64,000 nucleotides of DNA from Lingula anatina (taxonomy: Eukaryota; Animalia; Brachiopoda). The stretch's first letter is position 1; each line of letters begins with the position of its first letter. The position numbers and the translations under genes were made by a program. A model generated the notes under the pieces. The model was not told the DNA's origin and did no database searches. It worked only from the letters and a program-made list of their open reading frames with translations. The stretch is taken from positions 372,001 through 436,000 of the forward strand of contig JBPQGU010000016.1 in NCBI GenBank assembly GCA_051362555.1, given 5' to 3'. Below are positions 37,501 to 50,047 of this stretch, in pieces.

Positions 37501-40500
37501 TACGGTATACTTTAGAAAGTTTACATCTGCGTCGACAATTCAATTTCCTTTCTCTTCAGTTAAAAGGCCTTATATTGGTGCCACAGATCTTGAACTTAAA
37601 TTGAGCTATAACGAACTCCGTATGGCTTGCATTTCATCAAAATGTGCTATCTTCTTGGTGGGATTATCAGAGAGAAAACTTTTCATTTTTTACTAAAGTT
37701 GCGTCACCTCTACTCCTTTTATCAGGCACGCATTTTGTTTGTTTGTTTGTTTCTTTTTTTTAATGCCCTTCCTTTCCTATGTTGGACCCTTGCTTCTCAA
37801 GATGTTCATATGTTCATACAGTACCCGGGGCAAGTTAGCAGTCGACATTTGAAAGAGTAAAGACTACTCAATACTTAAACTGCCGAGGTGTGAACAGCTG
37901 TGGACGTCATCGTGCTCCACAACGTCAAAGGTGAAACCAAACGTTATCTCAATGCAAAACCAAATGAAAATAAAAGCATCCGAAGTCAGCTTACTAGGAA
38001 CGTACTAAGCAGGCCTATCAGTGGATACGATCCAAATTGTTTTGATTCTGTAACTTTTCTGGTATTAAAGAACGTCATACCACCTGTTAACCAAACGATA
38101 TCTCCTCGGCGAAATTATTTGCCAAATTTGTCTTACTGAAAATTTCCGTGGCTGCAATCGCACCAGTAATTAAACACTTGAATGTATTTTTTTTTATTCT
38201 CTCCTCTTATGGTCTCGCTAAAATTAAAACCCTCCTGTTGTGAACCGCCTCTGATCCCAAGGTACTCTTTAATATCATGGGTAAAGCCAAAACCAATCTT
38301 GGTATAAAACCAACTCCGAGCTCCGAGTCGGGTTGTCAAACACGACTTCGTGTACATCATGAAGTTTACCGTTCATTTCGGGGACTGGGGTTGCGTTGGC
38401 TGAAATGCAGCACCCGGATTATCGATTGCGATAGCAGGTCTCCACATGCACACCCAATCTGGCGCTCTCCGTGACGAGGTTGAAAGTTTCCATCTGATCA
38501 ATAAGAATCAACGGAGCTGTCGTGGCTGCGTGGTAACGCTGCTGGCTTACATACAGGCAGACTCTCGGTCGCTTGGTCGAGTCACAGTAGTTATCGTCTC
38601 ATTTCTCTTTTTGCCAGAATCAATTTTTGAAAATTGCGATTGATTACTATAAGAGGAAACTCGCACGTACGGAGGGTGGGCGGGTCTATCACGGAGCAGT
38701 CGGTAGCGTGCATGGATACAAATGAGACATCAAAAGCGTCATCAACCATGGTAACTCAAAGTCACGGGTTCGAGTCCCGGATGAGGCACGTCAGTCCATC
38801 ACTTCAACGACCTTGCCCCTGAATCGGGATGTCACGAGACGGGAACGAATGAGGGATCTCGTGGGACTTAGCAAATTACCTTTTGCATAAAATACGGTAT
38901 ACTTTAGAAAGTTTACATCTGCGTCGACAATTCTATTTCCTTTCTCTTCAGTTAAAAGGCCTTATATTGGTGCCACAGATCTTGAACTTAAATTGAGCTA
39001 TAACGAACTCCGTATGGCTAGCATTTCATCAAAATGTGCTATCTTCTTGGTGGGATTATCAGAGAGAAAACTTTTCATTTTTTACTAAAGTTGCGTCACC
39101 TCTACTCCTTTTATCAGGCACGCATTTTGTTTGTTTGTTTGTTTGTTTGTTTGTTTGTTTTTATGCCCTTCCTTTCCTATCTTGGGCCCTTGCTTCTCAA
39201 GATGTTCATATGTTCATACAGTACCCGGGGCAAGTTAGCAGTCGACATTTGAAAGAGTAAAGACTACTCAATACTTAAACTGCCGAGGTGTGAACAGCTG
39301 TGGACGTCATCGTGCTCCACAATGTCAAAGGTGAAACCAAACGTTATCTCAATGCAAAACCAAATGAAAATAAAAGTATCCGAAGTCAGCTTACTAGGAA
39401 CGTACTGAGCAGGCCTATCAGTGAATACGATCCAAATTGTTTTGATTCTGTAGCTTTTCCGGTATTAAAGAACGTCATACCACCTGTTAACCAAACGATA
39501 TCTCCTCGGCGAAATTATTTGCCAAATTTGTCTTACTGAAAATTTCCGTGGCTGCAATCGAACCAGTAATTAAACACTTGAATGTATTTTTTTTTATTCT
39601 CTCCTCTTACGGTCTCGCTAAAATTAAAACCCTCCTGTTGTGAACCGCCTCTGATCCCAAGGTACTCTTTAATATCATGGGTAAAGCCAAAACCAATCTT
39701 AGTATAAAACCAACTCCGAGCTCCGAGTCGGGTTGTCAAACACGACTTCGTGTACATCATGAAGTTTACCGTTCATTTCGGGGACTGGGGTTGCGTGGGC
39801 TGAAATGCGTCACCCGGATTATCGATTGCGACAGCAGGTCTCCACATGCACACCCAATCTGGCGCTCTCCGTGACGAGGTTGAAAGTTTCCATCTGATCC
39901 ATGAGAGTCAACGGAGCTGTCGTGGCTGCGTGGTAACTCTGCTGGCTTACATACAGGCAGACTCTCGGTCGCTAGTTCAAGTCACAGTAGTTATCGCCTC
40001 ATTTCTCTTTTTGCCAGAATTAATTTTTGAAAATTGCGATTGATTACTATAAGAGGAAACTCGCACGTACGGAGGGTGGGCGGGTCTGTCACGGAGCAGT
40101 CGGTAGCGTGCATGGATACAAATGAGACATCAAAAGCGTCATCAACCATGGTAACTCATAGTCACGGGTTCGAGTCCCGGATGAGGCACGTCAGTCCATC
40201 ACTTCAACGACCTTGCCCCTGAATCGGGATGTCACGAGACGGGAACGAATGAGGGATCTCGTGGGACTTAGCAAATTACCTTTTGCATAAAAATACGGTA
40301 TACTTTAGAAAGTTTACATCTGCGTCGACAATTCTATTTCCTTTCTCTTCAGTTAAAAGGCCTTATATTGGTGCCACAGATCTTGAACTTAAATTGAGCT
40401 ATAACGAACTCCGTATGGCTTGCATTTCATCAAAATGTGCTATCTTCTTGGTGGGATTATCAGAGAGAAAACTTTTCATTTTTTACTAAAGTTGCGTCAC

Positions 40501-43500
40501 CTCTACTCCTTTTATCAGGCACGCATTTTGTTTGTTTGTTTGTTTGTTTGTTTCTTTTTTTAATGCCCTTCCTTTCCTATCTTGGGCCCTTGCTTCTCAA
40601 GATGTTCATATGTTCATACAGTACCAGGGGCAAGTAAGCAGTCGACATTTGAAAGAGTAAAGACTACTCAATACTTAAACTGCCGAGGTGTGAACAGCTG
40701 TGGACGTCATCGTGCTCCACAACGTCAAAGGTGAAACCAAACGTTATCTCAATGCAAAACCAAATGAAAATAAAAGCATCCGAAGTCAGCTTACTAGGAA
40801 CGTACTAAGCAGGCCTATCAGTGGATACGATCCAAATTGTTTTGATTCTGTAGCTTTTCTGGTATTAAAGAACGTCATACCACCTGTTAACCAAACGATA
40901 TCTCCTCGGCGGAATTATTTGCCAAATTTGTTTTACTGAAAATTTCCGTGGCTGCAATCGAACCAGTAATTAAACACTTGAATGTATTTTTTTTTATTCT
41001 CTCCTCTTATGGTCTCGCTAAAATTAAAACCCTCCTGTTGTGAACTGCCTTTGATCTCAAGGTACTCTTTAATATCATGGGTAAAGCCAAAACAATCTTA
41101 GTATAAAACCAACTCCGAGCTCCGAGTCGGGTTGTCAAACACGACTTCGTGTACATCATGAAGTTCACCGTTCATTTCGGGGACTGGGGTTGCGTGGGCT
41201 GAAATGCGTCACCCGGATTATCGATTGCGATAGCAGGTCTCCACATGCACACCCAATCTGGCGCTCTCCGTGACGAGGTTGAAAGTTTCCATCTGATTCA
41301 TTAGAGTCAACGGAGCTGTCGTGGCTGCGTGGTAACGCTGCTGGCTTACATACAGGCAGACTCTCGGTCGCTAGTTCGAGTCACAGTAGTTATCGCCTCA
41401 TTTCTCTTTTTGCCAGAATTAATTTTTGAAAATTGCGATTGATTACTATAAGAGGAAACTCGCACGTACGGAGGGTGGGCGGGTCTGTCACGGAGCAGTC
41501 GGTAGCGTGCATGGGTACAAATGAGACATCAAAAGCGTCATCAACCATGGTTACTCAAAGTCACGGGTTCGAGTCCCGGAAGAGGCACGTCAGTCCATCA
41601 CTACAACGACCTTGCCCCTGAATCGGGATGTCACGAGACGGGAACGAATGAGGGATCTCGTGGGACTTAGCAAATTACCTTTTGCATAAAAATACGGTAT
41701 ACTTTAGAAAGTTTACATCTGCGTCGACAATTCTATTTCCTTTCTCTTCAGTTAAAAGGCCTTATATTGGTGCCACAGATCTTGAACTTAAATTGAGCTA
41801 TAACGAACTCCGTATGGCTTGCATTTCATCAAAATGTGCTATCTTCTTGGTGGGATTATCAGAGAGAAAACTTTTCATTTTTTACTAAAGTTGCGTCACC
41901 TCTACTCCTTTTATCAGGCACGCATTTTGTTTGTTTGTTTGTTTCTTTTTTTTAATGCCCTTCCTTTCCTATGTTGGACCCTTGCTTCTCAAGATGTTCA
42001 TATGTTCATACAGTACCCGGGGCAAGTTAGCAGTCGACATTTGAAAGAGTAAAGACTACTCAATACTTAAACTGCCGAGGTGTGAACAGCTGTGGACGTC
42101 ATCGTGCTCCACAACGTCAAAGGTGAAACCAAACGTTATCTCAATGCAAAACCAAATGAAAATAAAAGCATCCGAAGTCAGCTTACTAGGAACGTACTAA
42201 GCAGGCCTATCAGTGGATACGATCCAAATTGTTTTGATTCTGTAACTTTTCTGGTATTAAAGAACGTCATACCACCTGTTAACCAAACGATATCTCCTCG
42301 GCGAAATTATTTGCCAAATTTGTCTTACTGAAAATTTCCGTGGCTGCAATCGCACCAGTAATTAAACACTTGAATGTATTTTTTTTTATTCTCTCCTCTT
42401 ATGGTCTCGCTAAAATTAAAACCCTCCTGTTGTGAACCGCCTCTGATCCCAAGGTACTCTTTAATATCATGGGTAAAGCCAAAACCAATCTTGGTATAAA
42501 ACCAACTCCGAGCTCCGAGTCGGGTTGTCAAACACGACTTCGTGTACATCATGAAGTTTACCGTTCATTTCGGGGACTGGGGTTGCGTGGGCTGAAATGC
42601 AGCACCCGGATTATCGATTGCGATAGCAGGTCTCCACATGCACACCCAATCTGGCGCTCTCCGTGACGAGGTTGAAAGTTTCCATCTGATCAATAAGAAT
42701 CAACGGAGCTGTCGTGGCTGCGTGGTAACGCTGCTGGCTTACATACAGGCAGACTCTCGGTCGCTTGGTCGAGTCACAGTAGTTATCGTCTCATTTCTCT
42801 TTTTGCCAGAATCAATTTTTGAAAATTGCGATTGATTACTATAAGAGGAAACTCGCACGTACGGAGGGTGGGCGGGTCTATCACGGAGCAGTCGGTAGCG
42901 TGCATGGATACAAATGAGACATCAAAAGCGTCATCAACCATGGTAACTCAAAGTCACGGGTTCGAGTCCCGGATGAGGCACGTCAGTCCATCACTTCAAC
43001 GACCTTGCCCCTGAATCGGGATGTCACGAGACGGGAACGAATGAGGGATCTCGTGGGACTTAGCAAATTACCTTTTGCATAAAATACGGTATACTTTAGA
43101 AAGTTTACATCTGCGTCGACAATTCTATTTCCTTTCTCTTCAGTTAAAAGGCCTTATATTGGTGCCACAGATCTTGAACTTAAATTGAGCTATAACGAAC
43201 TCCGTATGGCTAGCATTTCATCAAAATGTGCTATCTTCTTGGTGGGATTATCAGAGAGAAAACTTTTCATTTTTTACTAAAGTTGCGTCACCTCTACTCC
43301 TTTTATCAGGCACGCATTTTGTTTGTTTGTTTGTTTGTTTGTTTGTTTGTTTTTATGCCCTTCCTTTCCTATCTTGGGCCCTTGCTTCTCAAGATGTTCA
43401 TATGTTCATACAGTACCCGGGGCAAGTTAGCAGTCGACATTTGAAAGAGTAAAGACTACTCAATACTTAAACTGCCGAGGTGTGAACAGCTGTGGACGTC

Positions 43501-46500
43501 ATCGTGCTCCACAATGTCAAAGGTGAAACCAAACGTTATCTCAATGCAAAACCAAATGAAAATAAAAGTATCCGAAGTCAGCTTACTAGGAACGTACTGA
43601 GCAGGCCTATCAGTGAATACGATCCAAATTGTTTTGATTCTGTAGCTTTTCCGGTATTAAAGAACGTCATACCACCTGTTAACCAAACGATATCTCCTCG
43701 GCGAAATTATTTGCCAAATTTGTCTTACTGAAAATTTCCGTGGCTGCAATCGAACCAGTAATTAAACACTTGAATGTATTTTTTTTTATTCTCTCCTCTT
43801 ACGGTCTCGCTAAAATTAAAACCCTCCTGTTGTGAACCGCCTCTGATCCCAAGGTACTCTTTAATATCATGGGTAAAGCCAAAACCAATCTTAGTATAAA
43901 ACCAACTCCGAGCTCCGAGTCGGGTTGTCAAACACGACTTCGTGTACATCATGAAGTTTACCGTTCATTTCGGGGACTGGGGTTGCGTGGGCTGAAATGC
44001 GTCACCCGGATTATCGATTGCGACAGCAGGTCTCCACATGCACACCCAATCTGGCGCTCTCCGTGACGAGGTTGAAAGTTTCCATCTGATCCATGAGAGT
44101 CAACGGAGCTGTCGTGGCTGCGTGGTAACTCTGCTGGCTTACATACAGGCAGACTCTCGGTCGCTAGTTCAAGTCACAGTAGTTATCGCCTCATTTCTCT
44201 TTTTGCCAGAATTAATTTTTGAAAATTGCGATTGATTACTATAAGAGGAAACTCGCACGTACGGAGGGTGGGCGGGTCTGTCACGGAGCAGTCGGTAGCG
44301 TGCATGGATACAAATGAGACATCAAAAGCGTCATCAACCATGGTAACTCATAGTCACGGGTTCGAGTCCCGGATGAGGCACGTCAGTCCATCACTTCAAC
44401 GACCTTGCCCCTGAATCGGGATGTCACGAGACGGGAACGAATGAGGGATCTCGTGGGACTTAGCAAATTACCTTTTGCATAAAAATACGGTATACTTTAG
44501 AAAGTTTACATCTGCGTCGACAATTCTATTTCCTTTCTCTTCAGTTAAAAGGCCTTATATTGGTGCCACAGATCTTGAACTTAAATTGAGCTATAACGAA
44601 CTCCGTATGGCTTGCATTTCATCAAAATGTGCTATCTTCTTGGTGGGATTATCAGAGAGAAAACTTTTCATTTTTTACTAAAGTTGCGTCACCTCTACTC
44701 CTTTTATCAGGCACGCATTTTGTTTGTTTGTTTGTTTCTTTTTTTTAATGCCCTTCCTTTCCTATCTTGGGCCCTTGCTTCTCAAGATGTTCATATGTTC
44801 ATACAGTACCAGGGGCAAGTAAGCAGTCGACATTTGAAAGAGTAAAGACTACTCAATACTTAAACTGCCGAGGTGTGAACAGCTGTGGACGTCATCGTGC
44901 TCCACAACGTCAAAGGTGAAACCAAACGTTATCTCAATGCAAAACCAAATGAAAATAAAAGCATCCGAAGTCAGCTTACTAGGAACGTACTAAGCAGGCC
45001 TATCAGTGGATACGATCCAAATTGTTTTGATTCTGTAGCTTTTCTGGTATTAAAGAACGTCATACCACCTGTTAACCAAACGATATCTCCTCGGCGAAAT
45101 TATTTGCCAAATTTGTCTTACTGAAAATTTCCGTGGCTGCAATCGCACCAGTAATTAAACACTTGAATGTATTTTTTTTTATTCTCTCCTCTTATGGTCT
45201 CGCTAAAATTAAAACCCTCCTGTTGTGGACCGCCTCTGATCCCAAGGTACTCTTTAATATCATGGGTAAAGCCAAAACCAATCTTGGTATAAAACCAACT
45301 CCGAGCTCTGAGTCGGGTTGTCAAACACGGCTTCGTGTACATCATGAAGTTCACCGTTCATTTCGGGGACTGGGGTTGCGTGGGCTGAAATGCGTCACCC
45401 GGATTATCGATTGCGATAGCAGGTCTCAACATGCACACCTAATCTGGCGCTCTCCGTGACGAGGTTGAAAGTTTCCATCTGATCCATTAGAATCAACGGA
45501 GCTGTCGTGGCTGCGTGGTAACGCTGCTGGCTTACATACAGGCAGACTCTCGGTCGCTTGGTCGAGTCACAGTAGTTATCGTCTCATTTCTCTTTTTGCC
45601 AGAATCAATTTTTGAAAATTGCGATTGATTACTATAAGAGGAAACTCGCACGTACGGAGGGTGGGCGGGTCTATCACGGAGCAGTCGGTAGCGTGCATGG
45701 ATACAAATGAGACATCAAAAGCGTCATCAACCATGGTAACTCAAAGTCACGGGTTCGAGTCCCGGAAGAGGCACGTCAGTCCATCACTACAACGACCTTG
45801 CCCCTGAATCGGGATGTCACGAGACGGGAACGAATGAGGGATCTCGTGGGACTTAGCAAATTACCTTTTGCATAAAAATACGGTATACTTTAGAAAGTTT
45901 ACATCTGCGTCGACAATTCTATTTCCTTTCTCTTCAGTTAAAAGGCCTTATATTGGTGCCACAGATCTTGAACTTAAATTGAGCTATAACGAACTCCGTA
46001 TGGCTAGCATTTCATCAAAATGTGCTTTCTTCTTGGTGGGATTATCAGAGAGAAAACTTTTCATTTTTTACTAAAGTTGCGTCACCTCTACTCCTTTTAT
46101 CAGGCACGCATTTTGTTTGTTTGTTTGTTTGTTTGTTTGTTTGTTTGTTTGTTTTTATGCCCTTCCTTTCCTATCTTGGGCCCTTGCTTCTCAAGATGTT
46201 CATATGTTCATACAGTACCCGGGGCAAGTTAGCAGTCGACATTTGAAAGAGTAAAGACTACTCAATACTTAAACTGCCGAGGTGTGAACAGCTGTGGACG
46301 TCATCGTGCTCCACAATGTCAAAGGTGAAACCAAACGTTATCTCAATGCAAAACCAAATGAAAATAAAAGCATCCGAAGTCAGCTTACTAAGAACGTACT
46401 GAGCAGGCCTATCAGTGAATACGATCCAAATTGTTTTGATTCTGTAGCTTTTCTGGTATTAAAGAACGTCATACCACCTGTTAACCAAACGATATCTCCT

Positions 46501-48751
46501 CGGCGAAATTATTTGCCAAATTTGTCTTACTGAAAATTTCCGTGGCTGCAATCGAACCAGTAATTAAACACTTGAATGTATTTTTTTTTATTCTCTCCTC
46601 TTACGGTCTCGCTAAAATTAAAACCCTCCTGTTGTGAACCGCCTCTGATCCCAAGGTACTCTTTAATATCATGGGTAAAGCCAAAACAAATCTTAGTATA
46701 AAACCAACTCCGAGCTCCGAGTCGGGTTGTCAAACACGACTTCGTGTACATCATGAAGTTCACCGTTCATTTCGGGGACTGGGGTTGCGTTGGCTGAAAT
46801 GCGTCACCCGGATTATCGATTGCGATAGCAGGTCTCCACATGCACACACAATCTGGCGCTCTCCGTGACGAGGTTGAAAGTTTCCATCTGATTCATTAGA
46901 GTCAACGGAGCTGTCGTGGCTGCGTGGTAACGCTGCTGGCTTACATACAGGCAGACTCTCGGTCGCTAGTTCGAGTCACAGTACTTATCGCCTCATTTCT
47001 CTTTTTGCCAGAATTAATTTTTGAAAATTGCGATTGATTACTATAAGAGGAAACTCGCACGTACGGAGGGTGGGCGGGTCTGTCACGGAGCAGTCGGTAG
47101 CGTGCATGGGTACAAATGAGACATCAAAAGCGTCATCAACCATGGTTACTCAAAGTCACGGTTCGAGTCCCAGATGAGGCAAGTCAGTCCAACACTACAA
47201 CGACCTTCCCCCTGAATCGGGATGTCACGAGACGGGAACGAATGAGGGATCTCGTGGGACTTAGCAAATTATCTTTTGCATAAAAATACGGTATACTTTA
47301 GAAAGTTTACATCTGCGTCGACAATTCTATTTCCTTTCTCTTCAGTTAAAAGGCCTTATATTGGTGCCACAGATCATGAACTTAAATTGAGCTATAACGA
47401 ACTCCGTATGGCTTGCATTTCATCAAAATGTGCTATCTTCTTGGTGGGATTATCAGAGAGAAAACTTTTCATTTTTTACTAAAGTTGCGTCACCTCTACT
47501 CCTTTTATCAGGCACGCATTTTGTTTGTTTGTTTGTTTGTTTGTTTGTTTGTTTTTATGCCCTTCCTTTCCTATCTTGGGCCCTTGCTTCTCAAGATGTT
47601 CATATGTTCATACAGTACCCGGGGCAAGTTAGCAGTCGACATTTGAAAGAGTAAAGACTACTCAATACTTAAACTGCCGAGGTGTGAACAGCTGTGGACG
47701 TCATCGTGCTCCACAATGTCAAAGGTGAAACCAAACGTTATCTCAATGCAAAACCAAATGAAAATAAAAGTATCCGAAGTCAGCTTACTAGGAACGTACT
47801 GAGCAGGCCTATCAGTGAATACGATCCAAATTGTTTTGATTCTGTAGCTTTTCCGGTATTAAAGAACGTCATACCACCTGTTAACCAAACGATATCTCCT
47901 CGGCGAAATTATTTGCCAAATTTGTCTTACTGAAAATTTCCGTGGCTGCAATCGAACCAGTAATTAAACACTTGAATGTATTTTTTTTTATTCTCTCCTC
48001 TTACGGTCTCGCTAAAATTAAAACCCTCCTGTTGTGAACCGCCTCTGATCCCAAGGTACTCTTTAATATCATGGGTAAAGCCAAAACCAATCTCAGTATA
48101 AAACCAACTCCGAGCTCCGAGTCGGGTTGTCAAACACGACTTCGTGTACATCATGAAGTTTACCGTTCATTTCGGGGACTGGGGTTGCGTGGGCTGAAAT
48201 GCGTCACCCGGATTATCGATTGCGATAGCAGGTCTCAACATGCACACCTAATCTGGCGCTCTCCGTGACGAGGTTGAAAGTTTCCATCTGATCCATTAGA
48301 ATCAACGGAGCTGTCGTGGCTGCGTGGTAACGCTGCTGGCTTACATACAGGCAGACTCTCGGTCGCTTGGTCGAGTCACAGTAGTTATCGTCTCATTTCT
48401 CTTTTTGCCAGAATCAATTTTTGAAAATTGCGATTGATTACTATAAGAGGAAACTCGCACGTACGGAGGGAGGGCGGGTCTATCACGGAGCAGTCGGTAG
48501 CGTGCATGGATACAAATGAGACATCAAAAGCGTCATCAACCATGGTAACTCAAAGTCACGGGTTCGAGTCCCGGATGAGGCACGTCAGTCCATCACTTCA
48601 ACGACCTTGCCCCTGAATCGGGATGTCACGAGACGGGAACGAATGAGGGATCTCGTGGGACTTAGCAAATTACCTTTTGCATAAAATACGGTATACTTTA
48701 GAAAGTTTACATCTGCGTCGACAATTCTATTTCCTTTCTCTTCAGTTAAAA

Positions 48752-50047
48752 GGCCTTATATTGGTGCCACAGATCTTGAACTTAAATTGAGCTATAACGA
48801 ACTCCGTATGGCTAGCATTTCATCAAAATGTGCTATCTTCTTGGTGGGATTATCAGAGAGAAAACTTTTCATTTTTTACTAAAGTTGCGTCACCTCTACT
48901 CCTTTTATCAGGCACGCATTTTGTTTGTTTGTTTGTTTGTTTGTTTGTTTGTTTTTATGCCCTTCCTTTCCTATCTTGGGCCCTTGCTTCTCAAGATGTT
49001 CATATGTTCATACAGTACCCGGGGCAAGTTAGCAGTCGACATTTGAAAGAGTAAAGACTACTCAATACTTAAACTGCCGAGGTGTGAACAGCTGTGGACG
49101 ACATCGTGCTCCACAATGTCAAAGGTGAAACCAAACGTTATCTCAATGCAAAACCAAATGAAAATAAAAGCATCCGAAGTCAGGGCCTTATATTGGTGCC
49201 ACAGATCATGAACTTAAATTGAGCTATAACGAACTTCGTATGGCTTGCATTTCATCAAAATGTGCTATCTTCTTGGTGGGATTATCAGAGAGAAAACTTT
49301 TCATTTTTTACTAAAGTTGCGTCACCTCTACTCCTTTTATCAGGCACGCATTTTGTTTGTTTGTTTGTTTGTTTGTTTGTTTGTTTTTATGCCCTTCCTT
49401 TCCTATCTTGGGCCCTTGCTTCTCAAGATGTTCATATGTTCATACAGTACCCGGGGCAAGTTAGCAGTCGACATTTGAAAGAGTAAAGACTACTCAATAC
49501 TTAAACTGCCGAGGTGTGAACAGCTGTGGACGACATCGTGCTCCACAATGTCAAAGGTGAAACCAAACGTTATCTCAATGCAAAACCAAATGAAAATAAA
49601 AGCATCCGAAGTCAGGGCCTTATATTGGTGCCACAGATCATGAACTTAAATTGAGCTATAACGAACTTCGTATGGCTTGCATTTCATCAAAATGTGCTAT
49701 CTTCTTGGTGGGATTATCAGAGAGAAAACTTTTCATTTTTTACTAAAGTTGCGTCACCTCTACTCCTTTTATCAGGCACGCATTTTGTTTGTTTGTTTGT
49801 TTGTTTGTTTGTTTGTTTTTATGCCCTTCCTTTCCTATCTTGGGCCCTTGCTTCTCAAGATGTTCATATGTTCATACAGTACCCGGGGCAAGTTAGCAGT
49901 CGACATTTGAAAGAGTAAAGACTACTCAATACTTAAACTGCCGAGGTGTGAACAGCTGTGGACGTCATCGTGCTCCACAATGTCAAAGGTGAAACCAAAC
50001 GTTATCTCAATGCAAAACCAAATGAAAATAAAAGCATCCGAAGTCAG
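48752..50047 (+). repeat. 432-bp triplicated sub-segment within one satellite unit
   Basis: Equivalent ORFs at 48830, 49262, 49694; junction CGAAGTCAG|GGCCTTATATTGG at ~49183 and ~49615. Confidence 0.93.
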
